From: Eledone cirrhosa
Taxonomy: Eukaryota
Length of the DNA: 64,000 nucleotides
Direction of reading: 5' to 3'
NCBI GenBank assembly: GCA_964016885.1
Contig: OZ024742.1
Coordinates: 88,288,001-88,352,000 of the forward strand
Part shown: positions 35,657-50,069 of the stretch, one piece after another
How positions within the stretch are numbered: the stretch's first letter is position 1
How the letters are laid out: each line of letters opens with the position of its first letter
Notes under the pieces: generated by a model
Told to the model about the DNA's origin: nothing
Databases searched by the model: none
The model's input: only the letters and a program-made list of their open reading frames with translations
Translations under genes and position numbers: made by a program

Positions 35657-38600
35657 GAAACATCCCGAAAACAGAGGCTATATTGACAGTAACAAACTAG
35701 CCAATATACGAAGAAATATTGTAAGAAAAAAGTTACTAACTGATATAGAAATTGATCAGATCAAGCTAGTAGCACAAAGTCAGCGAAGGGAAAATGAAGC
35801 ATGTGTCAGTGAAAACGAGGTAAACTGTAACACTTCGAATCCCAGAGTTGGGGCGGAATCACTGGCAACAGAACAAATTAAAGAAAGGAGCGAAAAAGTG
35901 GAGGGAGTGCATGCTCAAGATGAAACTCCAAATGAAAATAATGAGATCGTAAATGATAAAGAAATGAATGAGAATGAACTTGCCAACTTGAAGGATGAAA
36001 TTATGATCGAATGGATGAAAATGAAAGAATCTGACATGGGGGAACGAGACACCCTCCCTAAGATCCAGAACTCCAAACAGAACCAAAAGATAATACACAA
36101 GACTAACATAATTCTCAAAAACATTATCATCACAAACAAAATAAACATTACTGACTTAAATCATCTCTATTATGCATCGGCTAAAGTCACCACTCACTTA
36201 TGTGGAGTGAAGATGAAAAAACAAAGGAATTCCCACAAGAAATCTACTTGGCAAGATAACATCAATCGCCAAATAAACCTTCTCCGATCTGACATAGAAA
36301 TTTTAACAAACTATAAAGTAGGTGAACATGTTAAACAAACTAAACTTAGAAAATTGAAAAAAAAGTACAGTATAAGATCAACATGTGACATAGACATGCT
36401 GATAGAAACAATCAAGCAAAAAGTGTCGGCCAAAGCTGCTCGTATAAGGCGCTTTGAAAAACGATCTAGATTCTATAAGGACAATAATATGTTCAAAAAC
36501 AACCAAAGAAACTTCTACAGAAAAATTGGTAAGTCAACAATAACTGCTAAATCAATACCACCCAAGGAGGAAGTGCAAGAATTCTGGGAAAAGATCTGGG
36601 CCGAAGAAAAAGTTCATAACATACATGCCCCATGGATAGACAGACAAATGAAAGAAACAGCTCACCTTGAAGAACAAACATGGGAAAATATAACAGTTGA
36701 ACAGCTGCGCTTGGCTCTAAGAAAAACCAGCAAATGGAAATCCCCAGGAAAAGACAAAATACAAAACTTTTGGATAAATGCCTTCACAGAGTCTCATGAG
36801 CTGTTAGCCCAACTTTACAATGAAATAGTTAAGGAGCCAGAAAAGATACCATCATGGCTAGTTAACGGCATTACATTCCTGCTACCGAAGAATGATGAGA
36901 CAAACAATCCCAAAAATTACAGACCGATAACCTGCTTGACCACAATGTATAAAATTTTAACATCAGTCCTAACTGAATACACATATGACCACCTGATAAC
37001 AAATGACCTATTTCCCATTGAGCAGAAAGGGTGTAAACGAGGCTCATATGGCTGTAGGGATCAGCTTCTGGTTAACAAAATGATACTGGAAGATTGTCAT
37101 AATAGACACAAAAATCTATCGATTGCTTGGATAGATTATAAAAAAGCATTTGATAGTTTGCCACACAGTTGGATTGAAAAATGTTTAGAGATTTTCAAAA
37201 TATCCCCCGTTGTCAGGAGGTTTTTGTCATTCAGTATGAGGACATGGAGAACGACACTCCTTTTGAATAGTGAAACAAAATCACTGGAAGCTGGAGAAGT
37301 TAACATTAATTGTGGAATTTTTCAGGGTGACTCTTTATCACCGCTTTTATTCTGCATCGCACTTATACCATTAAGTAAAATGCTCAATGAAACAAAACAT
37401 GGATATAGAGTCTATGACAAAACCATTAATCACCTGTTCTACATGGATGACCTGAAACTATTTGCAAAAAATGATGAACAATTGCAAGGGCTATTATCCA
37501 CTGTGGAGCAGTTCAGTGATGACATTAAAATGGAGTTTGGACTGGATAAATGCGCCAAAGCAACGTTCACCAGAGGAAAGCTGCTGAAGAGTTCAGACAT
37601 TAATCTTGATCGGGGGAACGTGATAAGAGAGCTTGATCAAGAACAAACTTACAAATATCTAGGTGTTTGTGAAGGAGACGGAATCAAGCACTCGACAATG
37701 AGGGAAAGGATAAGGAAGGAATGTTACCGCAGAGTCAGAGCAATCTTAAGAACGGAATTGAATGCAAGGAATAGGATCGATGCCATAAACACGCTTGCCA
37801 TACCAGTAGTAACCTACAGTTACAATGTCATCAACTGGTCAAGCACAGAGATCCGTAGGCTCGATACAAAATTCGAAAATTCTTAACCATGCACAGAATG
37901 CATCACCCTAAGGCAGACATAGATAGAATATATCTCCCTAGGAAAGAAGGAGGACGTGGGTTAATCCAGTTAGACATTGCGTTGAAAACTGCAACAATTG
38001 GATTATCCACATATCTAAGGGAATCACATGATTGGATGATCAAACTCGTTTTGAAACACGAAAGCACCAAAAGATCATATTCCATTACAAAAGATGCACA
38101 AAGATACAGTAATGGACTACAAATTTCAGAAGTCCCATTTACTGCTGAAATGGAAAACACAGAAAAAGCAAAGCAGGTAAAAGTAACTGCAAAGAAAGAA
38201 CTGCTACAGAAACTGGCTAAGAAATGGCAAGAAAAGCCTCTGTATGGAAAATACCCAGAGCGAGCTAACAATCCTGATGTTGACAAAACTTTAACCCATC
38301 AGTGGTTGGCATCCTCTGGACTGAAATCGGAGACTGAAGGACTGATTATATCCGCACAAGATCAGTGTCTGCCAACAAAAAATTACCAAGCCAACATAAT
38401 AAAAAATGGGTGCAGCCCACTATGCCGTGTATGCAAAAAACAACCAGAGACCATTGACCATATAATTTCAATGTGCAGTCCTATAGCTCCAACCGAATAC
38501 CTAAACAGGCATGACAGAGCTGCACAATACATACATTGGATAATGTGTAAGCATTTTGACCTGCCCCATCAAAAGAATTGGTGGGAGCATCAACCACCTC

Positions 38601-39129
38601 CCATACTTGAAAAAGATCACATCTCAATCTTGTGGAACTTTAGCATCCAAACAGACCGAAAAATAGATGCAAATAGACCTGATATAATATTGAAGGACTT
38701 TCAAAGGAGGGTATGCCTGCTAATTGATATGTCTGTTCCAATAGACAAGAATGTATCTATAAAAACATTTGAAAAATTGAGCAAGTATAAGGACCTGGAG
38801 ATAGAAATTGGAAAAATGTGGAAATTGAGAACTAAAACAATACCAGTGGTTGTAGGCGCTCTGGGAATGATACCTAAGGGGTCTAACGACTACTTATCGC
38901 AAATCCCAGGAAACCCGCGTATAGGAGAAATACAAAAGATAGTACTAATGGGAACTGCCCATATACTAAGGAAGATCCTGTCAATATAAGTACATCACAA
39001 GTCTAAACACTAAGGATGCATGTGTGAATATGTGTGTTCTTTCTTGAACATGGCGGACCTTGTTGTCTCTTGAGGTCACTGGTTGTGACTTGGTGATAAC
39101 TCGTATAAACATAAAGCAAGATGAATGCA
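35653..39129 (+). mobile_element. R4/Dong family B, 5'-truncated, one frameshift
   Basis: Colinear with 28482-31933. ORFs 35580-37886 (RT, YMDD) and 37889-38989 (zinc knuckle, RLE) are separated by a 1-nt deletion in an A-run near 37870. Confidence 0.93.
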
Positions 39130-39189
<60 letters not shown>

Positions 39190-39224
39190 AAGAAGAAGAA
39201 GAAGAAGAAGAAGAAGAAGAAGAA
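39130..39224 (+). repeat. (TAA)n-(GAA)n compound microsatellite ending the array
   Basis: Read directly. Confidence 0.98.
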
Positions 39225-40472
39225 AATTGTTCTACATTTATATTGTAATGGGAAATGATTAATTAAGACAAATAAATGAAAATCAAATAATTTGTTTTAT
39301 TTGATAAACTATTTATTATCGCGTAACCTGCATTCATTTCCCCCATTATTTCTTATAATGGGAAAATACAACTGTTAATAACTATATAAACAACACTGAA
39401 TTTCAGACGCCCTTTATATTTATGAACCTTCTGGCCAAAATAAATCATATGAATATTTACCTTCAAATGCCTGGCCGTTTCGTTTGGTGAGTGTCCTGTA
39501 ATAAAATATGTACGAGGATCGATACTATAGATTTAATCCCTTCAAAGCGATGTCCTATGCTATAATCTGTATGATGACCTAAAGCAATAACAGTGTAGTA
39601 AATCAGTAATTGAAAGGCTCTATTTTCACACTAATATTTTAACTGATATTTTAATATAGTTTTCTTTAGATATGATTGTGTGTTTTACATAGCGTATACG
39701 TATATACATTAGTATAATGTGATATTATTTATTTTCGCTTTCCACAAATATATTTGATGTATATCGACTGCGAATATCGATATATTCTGGTACATTCCGT
39801 AAACACAATATACGATTATGATGAAGGGGAAAACAGCAGACAAGAGATATTATGATAATTAGATGTTTATATTTGACACTGACAGCGACAACTTACTCAT
39901 AATACACGTGTATCATAAAATCAACACAAAAGACTTCATTGATTTTATAACTGATTACTTTATCTCTTTGCATTCTTCATTGATTTTGAAACAGGTTTCT
40001 TTGTGATAATCTATTGATAATATCATATATAGTTCGATTAAAGCTATCAGAGATGATTTTAGAGTACGAAATGATACACGATGAAACATGTATAAAGGCA
40101 TTTAAAGAAAGATCAATGAAGGAATTCTTGGTGAAAATATTGAAAATATAATTGATCTCATAAGTATTCGTTTCACGAGTGCTATGTGAAAGTTTGTTTG
40201 ATCAGTCCTTAACACTTCAAAAAGAAAACCCTCCAAATATTCCATTTCAAGAAAAATAATGCAACTACGTATACCGATCATATTGGTTCATATTCATAAC
40301 ATTTATTCAAAATTCCATGTGATCCGTATGGTATTTTGAGGGTAAATGAATATAAATTGACGTTATGGGCACGTAACAAATGTATGGAGACACATCATCA
40401 TACATAAAATCACATATATAGACTCTTGGATTGTGATTATGATCATTTCTTTATTACATAACTATTATGCCA

Positions 40473-40536
40473 CATACACCTGATGGTGTCACCAGGATGC
40501 TACGTAACTTGGCCTTTGAAATGAACCTAGTGTTTG
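40473..40536 (+). ncRNA. Degenerate type I hammerhead ribozyme in a Penelope pLTR
   Basis: catacac-CTGATGG-...ccagg/cttgg...-GAAA-tgaacc-TA-gtgtttg. Stem I 6/7 paired, core A9 changed to G, stem III decayed. AATAAA follows at 40541. Confidence 0.5.
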
Positions 40537-41111
40537 CAGGAATAAATATTTGAAGGAATTTCACTAGTCCGGCCTCGGGTCATTTTACTCAGTTATATGT
40601 ATTACGCAATAATATATATACAAGCGAATACCGGGGACTGCGATGAGTGCAAAAGTCGCTTCAACTTATGCTAACTTAATCATGGCGTGCTTGGAAGTCC
40701 AGATATATGAACACTCAAAATCAAAATACGGATTGAACTTCCACAAATATTTATCAGAGAATTGGAAACGTTACTTGTTGATTGTCTTATTATTTGGTCT
40801 TACACACTCGACCAACTAAATGATTTCAAAAATTTAATTAACGGCATCAATAACCACATCCAATTCACAATGAAATACAGCCAAGATAAACTCCCATTTC
40901 GGGACATCTTAATCACTACAAACCAACAGATTCCAAACAATGCTTGCTATTCACCTCCAACCATCCAAAGCACACGAAACCGAACATTCTTTTTAACATA
41001 ACTAGAAGAATTTGCACAATTGTCTCCAGTTATGAAACGCGAAATAAAAGACTTCTAGAATTAAAGGAATTTCTGCTCGAAAGACAATACCCACAATTGT
41101 TAATAAATAAT

Positions 41112-41302
41112 TGTTTCTACTTTTGGCACAAGGCCAGAAAATACCCCAGTGTATTACTGGTACTTTATTTTATCGACCCCGTAAGGACGAAAGGCAAAGT
41201 TACCCTCAGCGGGATTTGAACTCAGAATGGCAAGGGCCGTAACTCTATGCGTCAAAGCATGGCGTCCGACACTCTACCGATACTGCCAATCCACCGCCCT
41301 AT
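41112..41302 (-). mobile_element. tRNA-derived SINE family 1, full length, 16-bp TSD, inserted in the Penelope ORF
   Basis: A-box-like GGATTGGCAGTATCGG and B-box-like GAGTTCAAATCC on the minus strand. TSD attgttaataaataat at 41096-41111 and 41303-41318. Confidence 0.9.
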
Positions 41303-43242
41303 ATTGTTAATAAATAATGGTATAGAAATGGCTAAAGCAATAGGCATTGATGAATTACGAAAACAGAAACAAATTCAATATACGTTCAATATTCTATCAT
41401 ATATTTCAACACACAATCCAAGAAATGCGGAAGCTTACAACATTATTCACTAGAACATCCCACTATTGAATGAAGATCCAAGAATGAAAAAAGCCCTTGA
41501 AACACACAAATTAATCAAAAGCAAAAGACAACCAAAATCACTAAAATCATTACTCACCAATGCCAAATTACCTACCACAAACCCACAACCAACTGTCAGA
41601 AAATGTGGTCGCTCTTATTGTGGAACCTACTTCTCAGCTCATTGAAGGCAACATATATACATTTCAATCAGGAGAAAATTTTGTTGTAAAAAATCACTTC
41701 ACATGCTCATCGAAAAATTGACTTTATACCATTAAATGTAAAGGATGCAATGAAGATTATATTGAACAAACTAAACTCACACTCAGAAACAGAATGACAA
41801 TTCATCGCCAAGAATTACGAGACCCTACCACAAGACAGATACCACTCAATGCACATCTAGACATATGCGCAAGTGATAAGGCACCCAAATTCCAAGTCTT
41901 CCCATTTTATATTTGCACTAACAATACAACAGAACAGATATGAATAAATAAGGAAAATATGTTTATTCAAAAATATAGACCAGCACTAAATATAGTTTTA
42001 TATACATTATGTTAACACCATAACATGCTGACCATCCAAACAAACACATACATACAACCACACAGGCATAACACCTATATTCGAAAATAAAAACCTGAGC
42101 TAAATAAACTTTAACATACGTTAATACTCCTTAACATGAACCCCCCCCCCCCACACACACATATCTCCCTCCCCCATTTCTACTAACGGAATCATTTTCC
42201 TACACACACACACGCACACACACACACAAATATATATTCTCTCCATCTTAACATGCTAAGCATACTCCCAAACACACATACACACACACATATAACACCC
42301 ATACACACACAGAACTCCCTCCCTCATCCCCACTAATAGAATCATTTTCCTACACACACACACACACAGATACACACAACAGCACACAAATAAAAATACA
42401 TATCTCTACTTTCTTTATTTCAATAGAATGTCTGAATTTTGACACCTCAGCACATCAGCCATACTCACTGAACCAGAACAATTCTCCCCACTCCTTTTGT
42501 ATTGACTATTATCTTTTGTTTGGCCTACATTCGCTAAATGGGTACCAAAAAAAATCCGAAAAACGGGCGCGAAATTTAATGTACTTGTTCACGTGATAGT
42601 CAGAATGTAGATATGTAGATCTGACTCTACGTATGGAATATTCAGTTGTAGCACTCTATGATAGGGAGCAATTATCCAAATATAGATAGATACATTTAGT
42701 ACTTCATGATAGAGTAGAGTGTAATTAAAGATAGGATACTTAAATTTGGAAACTGTATATAACCGTATATATAAGAGACTCAATTTAGACACCTGTTAAT
42801 GTATGTTGGAATAATAAATTTAGTTATAGAAATCAGCTAGATTACCCCCCCCCCCCCCCCCATCATGCAATAACTCCCCTTAATCACACACATATTTCCG
42901 GATAATAACACGATGTAAATTCTCGCAACAAAAACATCCTGCTCTATAGAATTGGATTAAAGAACACTGAGCCGCAACAAGCTACAATAATTTAACTTAA
43001 TACATCAGACATCCAATACGGAATCATCGTTTATTATGTGAAGCACATATAAACTATATATTATGTTTCCTGAATTGTGAAAATGGTGGTGTATAAAAAA
43101 CCATAACATTATTTTGCTTCTCATGTATACTATTTCTCTGCACACAAGCTTCTTTATCATACACAAAAAATACGTTACCACTACAACCTCCATAATACTC
43201 TTGATTACCCGCACAATAATCATATATAAATAAGTAATATAT

Positions 43243-44325
<1,083 letters not shown>

Positions 44326-44419
<94 letters not shown>

Positions 44420-44443
44420 TATATATATGTATGTATATACATA

Positions 44444-44523
<80 letters not shown>

Positions 44524-44569
44524 AGTATATATAAGTATATACATATGTGTATATACATATATTTATATA

Positions 44570-44646
<77 letters not shown>

Positions 44647-44666
44647 GTTTGTGTGTGTGTGTGTGT
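44326..44666. repeat. Long interrupted (TA)n/(TG)n microsatellite
   Basis: Read directly. Confidence 0.95.
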
Positions 44667-45754
44667 AAGGTGTGTATTGGACAATGGATAGGAACCAAAC
44701 GTCGAACATTTATTTTTAATTATTTCATTGTTTTACGATCGTTTCAAGGGTTTGATCTATCGTTACAGCGGTTTGACATATCGTCTAGCAGATTGTGTTT
44801 ACAACTACTCATATTTCTAGATGGAAGGCAAAGATAGATGAAGATAGAAGTAGAGTGCGTTATTTATACGTATGCATATACATTTTCTTTGGAATGTATA
44901 TTAATAAATATATATACATGGGTGTGCGTACGTTTTGGTCTCAAGTAAGTGTGCTTGTGTTTGTATTATCTGCAGTCACATATTTTTTGTGTGTATATAT
45001 GCATAGACATGTTTGTGTAAGTACATGTATACGAGTTCCCGTACTGATTAGATTTTGTAAACATTGGTGATAGTTCACCCCCGTTTCTATCGGTACATAT
45101 CCTAATTACATTATTATGTTCCAAGTCAATATAGTAGAGAATACAATAGACAACTATGTATTCAACATGAACCTAATTTCCTTTGGTAAGTATCATTGAG
45201 ATTTTTCATGGAAAATCTATGAAACTGTGAAATTTACAGCTAAAAGTCATAAGATTATTTAATAAACCACATCTAAACTCTTACATACAGAACAAGTATC
45301 ATACCACTTGAATGTTCATTCTCCTTTGGCGTCGAGGTCTCTTAAAGTAAACAGATGTATAAACATTTTACATCTGAAATATACCAAGTAATACTATTTC
45401 GCACATACGCAAAGCTTACATTTATATATGTTAATACGCATGTATATACACACGCATATATATATATATATATATATAAGTATAGCTCAAAATTGCTTAT
45501 CGATACAAATTCAGTTGTGCAAATTTCCGTGTCCATATAAAAGGAGACCCAACCTATTTTCTTTTGCAACTAATTTTCCGGACAGAGAAATAGCTTAATA
45601 ACCGTATAATTGTTCTGTTGTAAATTGTCAAAGATTAATCTGTGTCCTCTTTTCTGACTATATATGTTACGTTGTGTCTTTTTTTGTTCTTTTTCAAACC
45701 ATTTTAACGTTGGTTGTTTAAGACCTGGAAACCACGTTCGCCTCTTGATTGTTG

Positions 45755-46338
45755 TTTCATCTCATCTGTCTCGTGGGCTGCTGGGAGGTTGGGGCGTCAT
45801 AGATGATCTGCCAACTATCTCCTTCCATTCCTCACAGATCTCCGCCTTACTCATTGTTGCAACCAGCCATATGCTTGTCCATTCTGGGATATTGTCCACC
45901 CATCTCTTTCTCTGTCAACCACTCCTCCTCCCTACTTGTACTGTTTGATGCAGGACAGTTTTAGCAAGCCCTGAATATCTTATCACGTGCCCATACTATC
46001 TCAATTTGCGTTTGTTTACGATGCTCAGCAGGTCTTCTCAGGGCCAAATGACCTGCCAAATTCTGTTTCGCACCTCCTCATCGGAAATATGGTATCTGTA
46101 GATGATGCCAAGGAGCTTGCTGACGCACGTCATCTAGCCTGTATTATTCTTTCCAGATCTAGTGTTATTTTCCAAAGCTCACAAGCATACATGTACATGG
46201 GCATGACCAGAGAGCACATCAGTCTGATCTTTGGACTGAGGGCCATATTTTCATCATTCCAGATGGTGTTACATTTTGTGAGTGCTGCTGTGGTCATGGC
46301 AGGTCTGGCGAGTACTTCGGGTTTAAACACTTCATCTG
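45755..46338 (-). mobile_element. RTE-clade LINE 3' fragment
   Basis: KPEVLAR...AALTK..IW.D....KIRLM.SLV...MYACE.W is an RTE C-terminal motif. The 3' end gccccaac...gagacagatgagatga is RTE-like. Confidence 0.75.
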
Positions 46339-46569
46339 GAGTACCACGGGGAAAAAGCAGAAATATACATATATCCCGATTCTTTAGTCATATAATTTGT
46401 ACTACTTACGGAAATGCCAACATGTTCTACCTATGTTTAAAACTCACTACATATATCACCCATTCTGATAAACAGTTTGGTACAACATTACTGAGATAAC
46501 GTCTACTATAATTTATAGTAGTTAATATTTCTATCGGGGTAAGGAATATAACTTCAAAAGTTTCAGAAA

Positions 46570-47400
46570 CATTCAAGATGGCTAATCAACTTGAGAGGCT
46601 AAGAAATCAAAAATGCAGGCATCCGAAGAAGATTAAGATGCTCGTCAGGCCCGTTAAGCTGGTAACAGGATGCAAACTGATTTGAGAGGGATACAGAAAT
46701 TAAAATAGGATAGATAATAATGTTTGGGGGAAAAGAAGACACAAACTGCTGCGACATGAGAACTGCAATCAGAGGAATAGCAGCAAATTAGATTAAATGC
46801 TGATCAGGCACACCGACATCTACTGATTAAGCACCAACATGTGCCATACAAAATATGGACTGACTCGTGAGTCTTTTTCTTATTAACCGTAAAAATACTA
46901 AAGCAGGAATCCACATAGCAACATTGGAACAATGCACAAATGCTACAAGTTGATACACCAGCCCTTCACTGCTCAAAATCTAATATTCTTACAGTAAATG
47001 CGTCAACTGAATTTCTGAATAATCTGCTCCTCCATAGTAGACTAGAGGCAAATACGATTCTACCATTCAAATATTATCTTTCGGAGTTACCAGACTTTAA
47101 AGACTTTCGATTATGTGCATCTTTTAAAATTCAGAGACAGTACTACCATTTAGTAGGTTACCTTCTTCCATTTCAACAGGAGCATCACAAATGTGTGCAT
47201 GGTAATTTCAGTCGCGGTAATAAAACAGAAACATAGCGAAGAATTACAAATTTCCATGGTGGATTACAGTTCTATAAAGACATGAAGTTACAAAAAAATA
47301 ATTCACCGACACCACATGTACTCAAATACCCGCTCATCTTCTGGAAAAGTATGGATGGCTACCATTTTCAGTCATAGACGAACTGGACAACAAACTGGCT
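46570..47400 (+). mobile_element. Helitron Rep/Hel relic
   Basis: FKIQRQYYHLVGYLLP (cf. FKIQGQxYHxxGSLLP) and LKYPLIFWKSMDGYHF (cf. LQYPLLFxxGEDGYH) in the expected order. Many stops. Confidence 0.6.
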
Positions 47401-49680
47401 GATCAAGCAGTTGGCTATCATTTCATAACTTAAATTGAAAGATTAGTTGAAGATAGAGTATTTCATCCACCTTCCGGATGCCAACTATTCTATTAGTGGC
47501 CAAGAAATATTGGCCAACATAACGTCTGCCCTCAAGATTCACAAGAGGACTACGTTACATCCATGAAAATATGAAAGATGTAATGCCTGTGTCAGAAAAT
47601 TTAGTTTGCCTGATTTCTTATTTATCTTTTCATGTAAAGCACAGAGCAAAAATATCCAAGGAACTACTTCAAAACAGGAAACAGTTGGATTGGACATGAT
47701 CACATTGCTTGTGCATTCCACGAGAAACAAATAAAACTTCCCTTGCTCCTGAATGAAGGAAGGATATTTGGTGAGATTTGTTCCTATTGATTGGCAGAAG
47801 AGAGGATTTCTTCGCTCACTCACATTAATCTAACCCGAAAAGAAAATAATTTTGAATATTTCAGCTGAGTTGCTCGATAAGGAGGGTGTTCCATAGTTCA
47901 TTCAAACCATCGAACCAAACATGTTCGTGATATGAATAGTCATAAATCCAGCCAAACCTAGCATGCAATATAAAAAAGTATAAAGATATCCGAGAATTTT
48001 CTCTCCAGTGATCTCAGACTGAGAATGACGGATACTCCCTTTATCATGGGCATTGTTTGGAACATGGAAGCAAGACTCAACCTTAAGAGTTCGAGTATAG
48101 TAAGTGACCTCGGGAAATCGAGGGATAGTCTCAGTAAACAAAGTTTTGTACTAACTTCTAAAAACCCATATCAATGTGGTTTATTGAGTTGGTCGTCGTT
48201 GGTGGAAACAATGCAGCCCCTCATGGTAGTGGTTTACGTAGTGTTAGGTATGCAACTGATAGTGTTGTTGCTTATGATTCTGTATTGTTCTTATGTCTGC
48301 CACTCAAGTGTTCAGCACTGGGTGAAGATTTAGGGCATCGTCTCACTAATAATTCATTAGAATTTGCAGGTTCACATTTCACTCGCTAGATAAAGAACAA
48401 AATATAAAACACTTAACTCCCCAAATTTGTGATAAACATATTTGATGATAAAACAATAACGACATTTGCTCTCTTTCAGTTCTTATACTCAAAATGTATA
48501 TGTTAGCTAAACTAAATGCATTTACCCATGCTTAATTCACCAGATTACTCAGTCATAAATGCTATTGGGTGAAGACTAACCGTCTCTAATCTTATAATGA
48601 AATACTAATGAGTACTCTAAACATTTTAACCACGCCCTCATATCTCTATTTGTGGTTCAGAGTAATAATAGGCACTATTTTTATAAAGTATGGATGTAGT
48701 CCGAATGTGACGATTTTATCAGCTGACACGTAGATATATTTGACATAAATCAAAAATGTAAACAAGTATGTGTTCCACTGATTCCTTAGTCGGCACGTCA
48801 GTTCGGATGTTGACCACACTGCCAAATATATCGTCGTTCCCGAGAAAGTAAAAATCAGTTGACAATCTGCCAGATAAAGACAATTTGCAAACTTAAATTG
48901 TTCCAGAAAGGCTACTCATGCTATCCGTCTCGGCGTCTAATTAGGCCTCAGGACAATCTCACAAATACCTCCCACTACATCCTAAAACATTTTTGTCAAT
49001 ACCTAGTTTCCGAAGGTTCATGTACAATAGATATGGATCGAGATTGCTTAACATACAACATTAGTACATGATTTTCATATGTAGAAACAACAGTAATAAT
49101 TATTTTCCAGCAATCCTATACTCGGAAATATTTACACTAGATCTAGAGCAAAGGTTCTCAACCCATTTTGGCCAAACGCCCCCTTTTGCCCCTCGAAATC
49201 ACGAAACGCCCCCCTACCCTATTTTTCCATTTTTCAATATATTACTGATTTTGATATCAGTAGATTACTGGGCCAAATCATGTTATCTTAGATTCTTTAA
49301 AAAATACTCGTACGAATTAAATACAAAAAACTTTCAGTCCAAAACAAAAGCAAGCTATTTCAAACTATATATTTTTGAAATAAAAAAAAAACATTGATCT
49401 CAGTCGAAAAAGCTTTTTTGTTTTTAAATTGTATATTCACTGTTAGCTGTTCTAATATTTTGAGTGGATAGAACATTGAAACTGCAAAGTCAAAATACAA
49501 AAGATGCAAAATATGAAGAATGTCTTACCTTTCTCTGAAATGTCAAACTCAGGGGAACAATAGTACCTTGCAAAATAATATACCTCGTAGCAAAATAAGT
49601 AGTAGAGAATGAATTGAGAAGATTGGTGACTGAGAAAGCAATATGTTTATCCCTTATATATAAACATAGATAGACACACA

Positions 49681-49723
<43 letters not shown>

Positions 49724-49945
49724 ACACACACACCCACACACACACTCACACCCACACACACACACACTCACACCCATACCCCCACACATATACCACCCAC
49801 CCCACACACATATACATACACACACGTAAACTTGTGTCTGTGTGTGCCTTGGTTCGGGTACAGAAATAATTTTGTCTACAGTTTTTTATTGCCAGGTCAA
49901 AGGCCACAGCTCTTTTCAACAACGCCAAATAACAGCGCTCTCTCT

Positions 49946-49986
<41 letters not shown>

Positions 49987-50069
49987 AATGAAGAGAGAAA
50001 GAGAGGGAGCAGAGAGAGTAAGAAATGTGTGTGTGTTTGGTACACGTCTATCTTTCTATATATCTATCT

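Larger units (their letters stand above)
40460..42400 (+). mobile_element. Penelope-like element (Neptune-like), 5'-truncated, degenerate
   Basis: GTAMSAKVASTYANLIM (RT), LPFRDI, SNHPKHTKPNI, KCGR..CGT linker, FTCSS...TIKCKGCNEDYI(E)QT...LRNRMTIHRQ (GIY-YIG). CA-rich 3' region with a ~150-bp duplication. Boundaries approximate. Confidence 0.8.

Noticed and set aside
22526-39129. A-B-A-B array as a simple segmental duplication
   Set aside because: The second A and B have different 5' ends exactly at TAA tracts, and lesions in the first pair are not shared with the second.
17957-39224. Regularly recurring TAA tracts as a CRISPR-like or telomeric array
   Set aside because: The spacers are kilobase retroelements and the repeats are simple trinucleotides of variable length. 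There are no cas genes and no TTAGGG arrays.
49529-49629. Minus-strand exon-like segment (ttctcag ... AAG|gtaaga)
   Set aside because: Splice signals are plausible, but it lies inside the hAT element, has no partner exons, and its peptide looks more like a transposase remnant. Not supportable as a host exon without RNA data.
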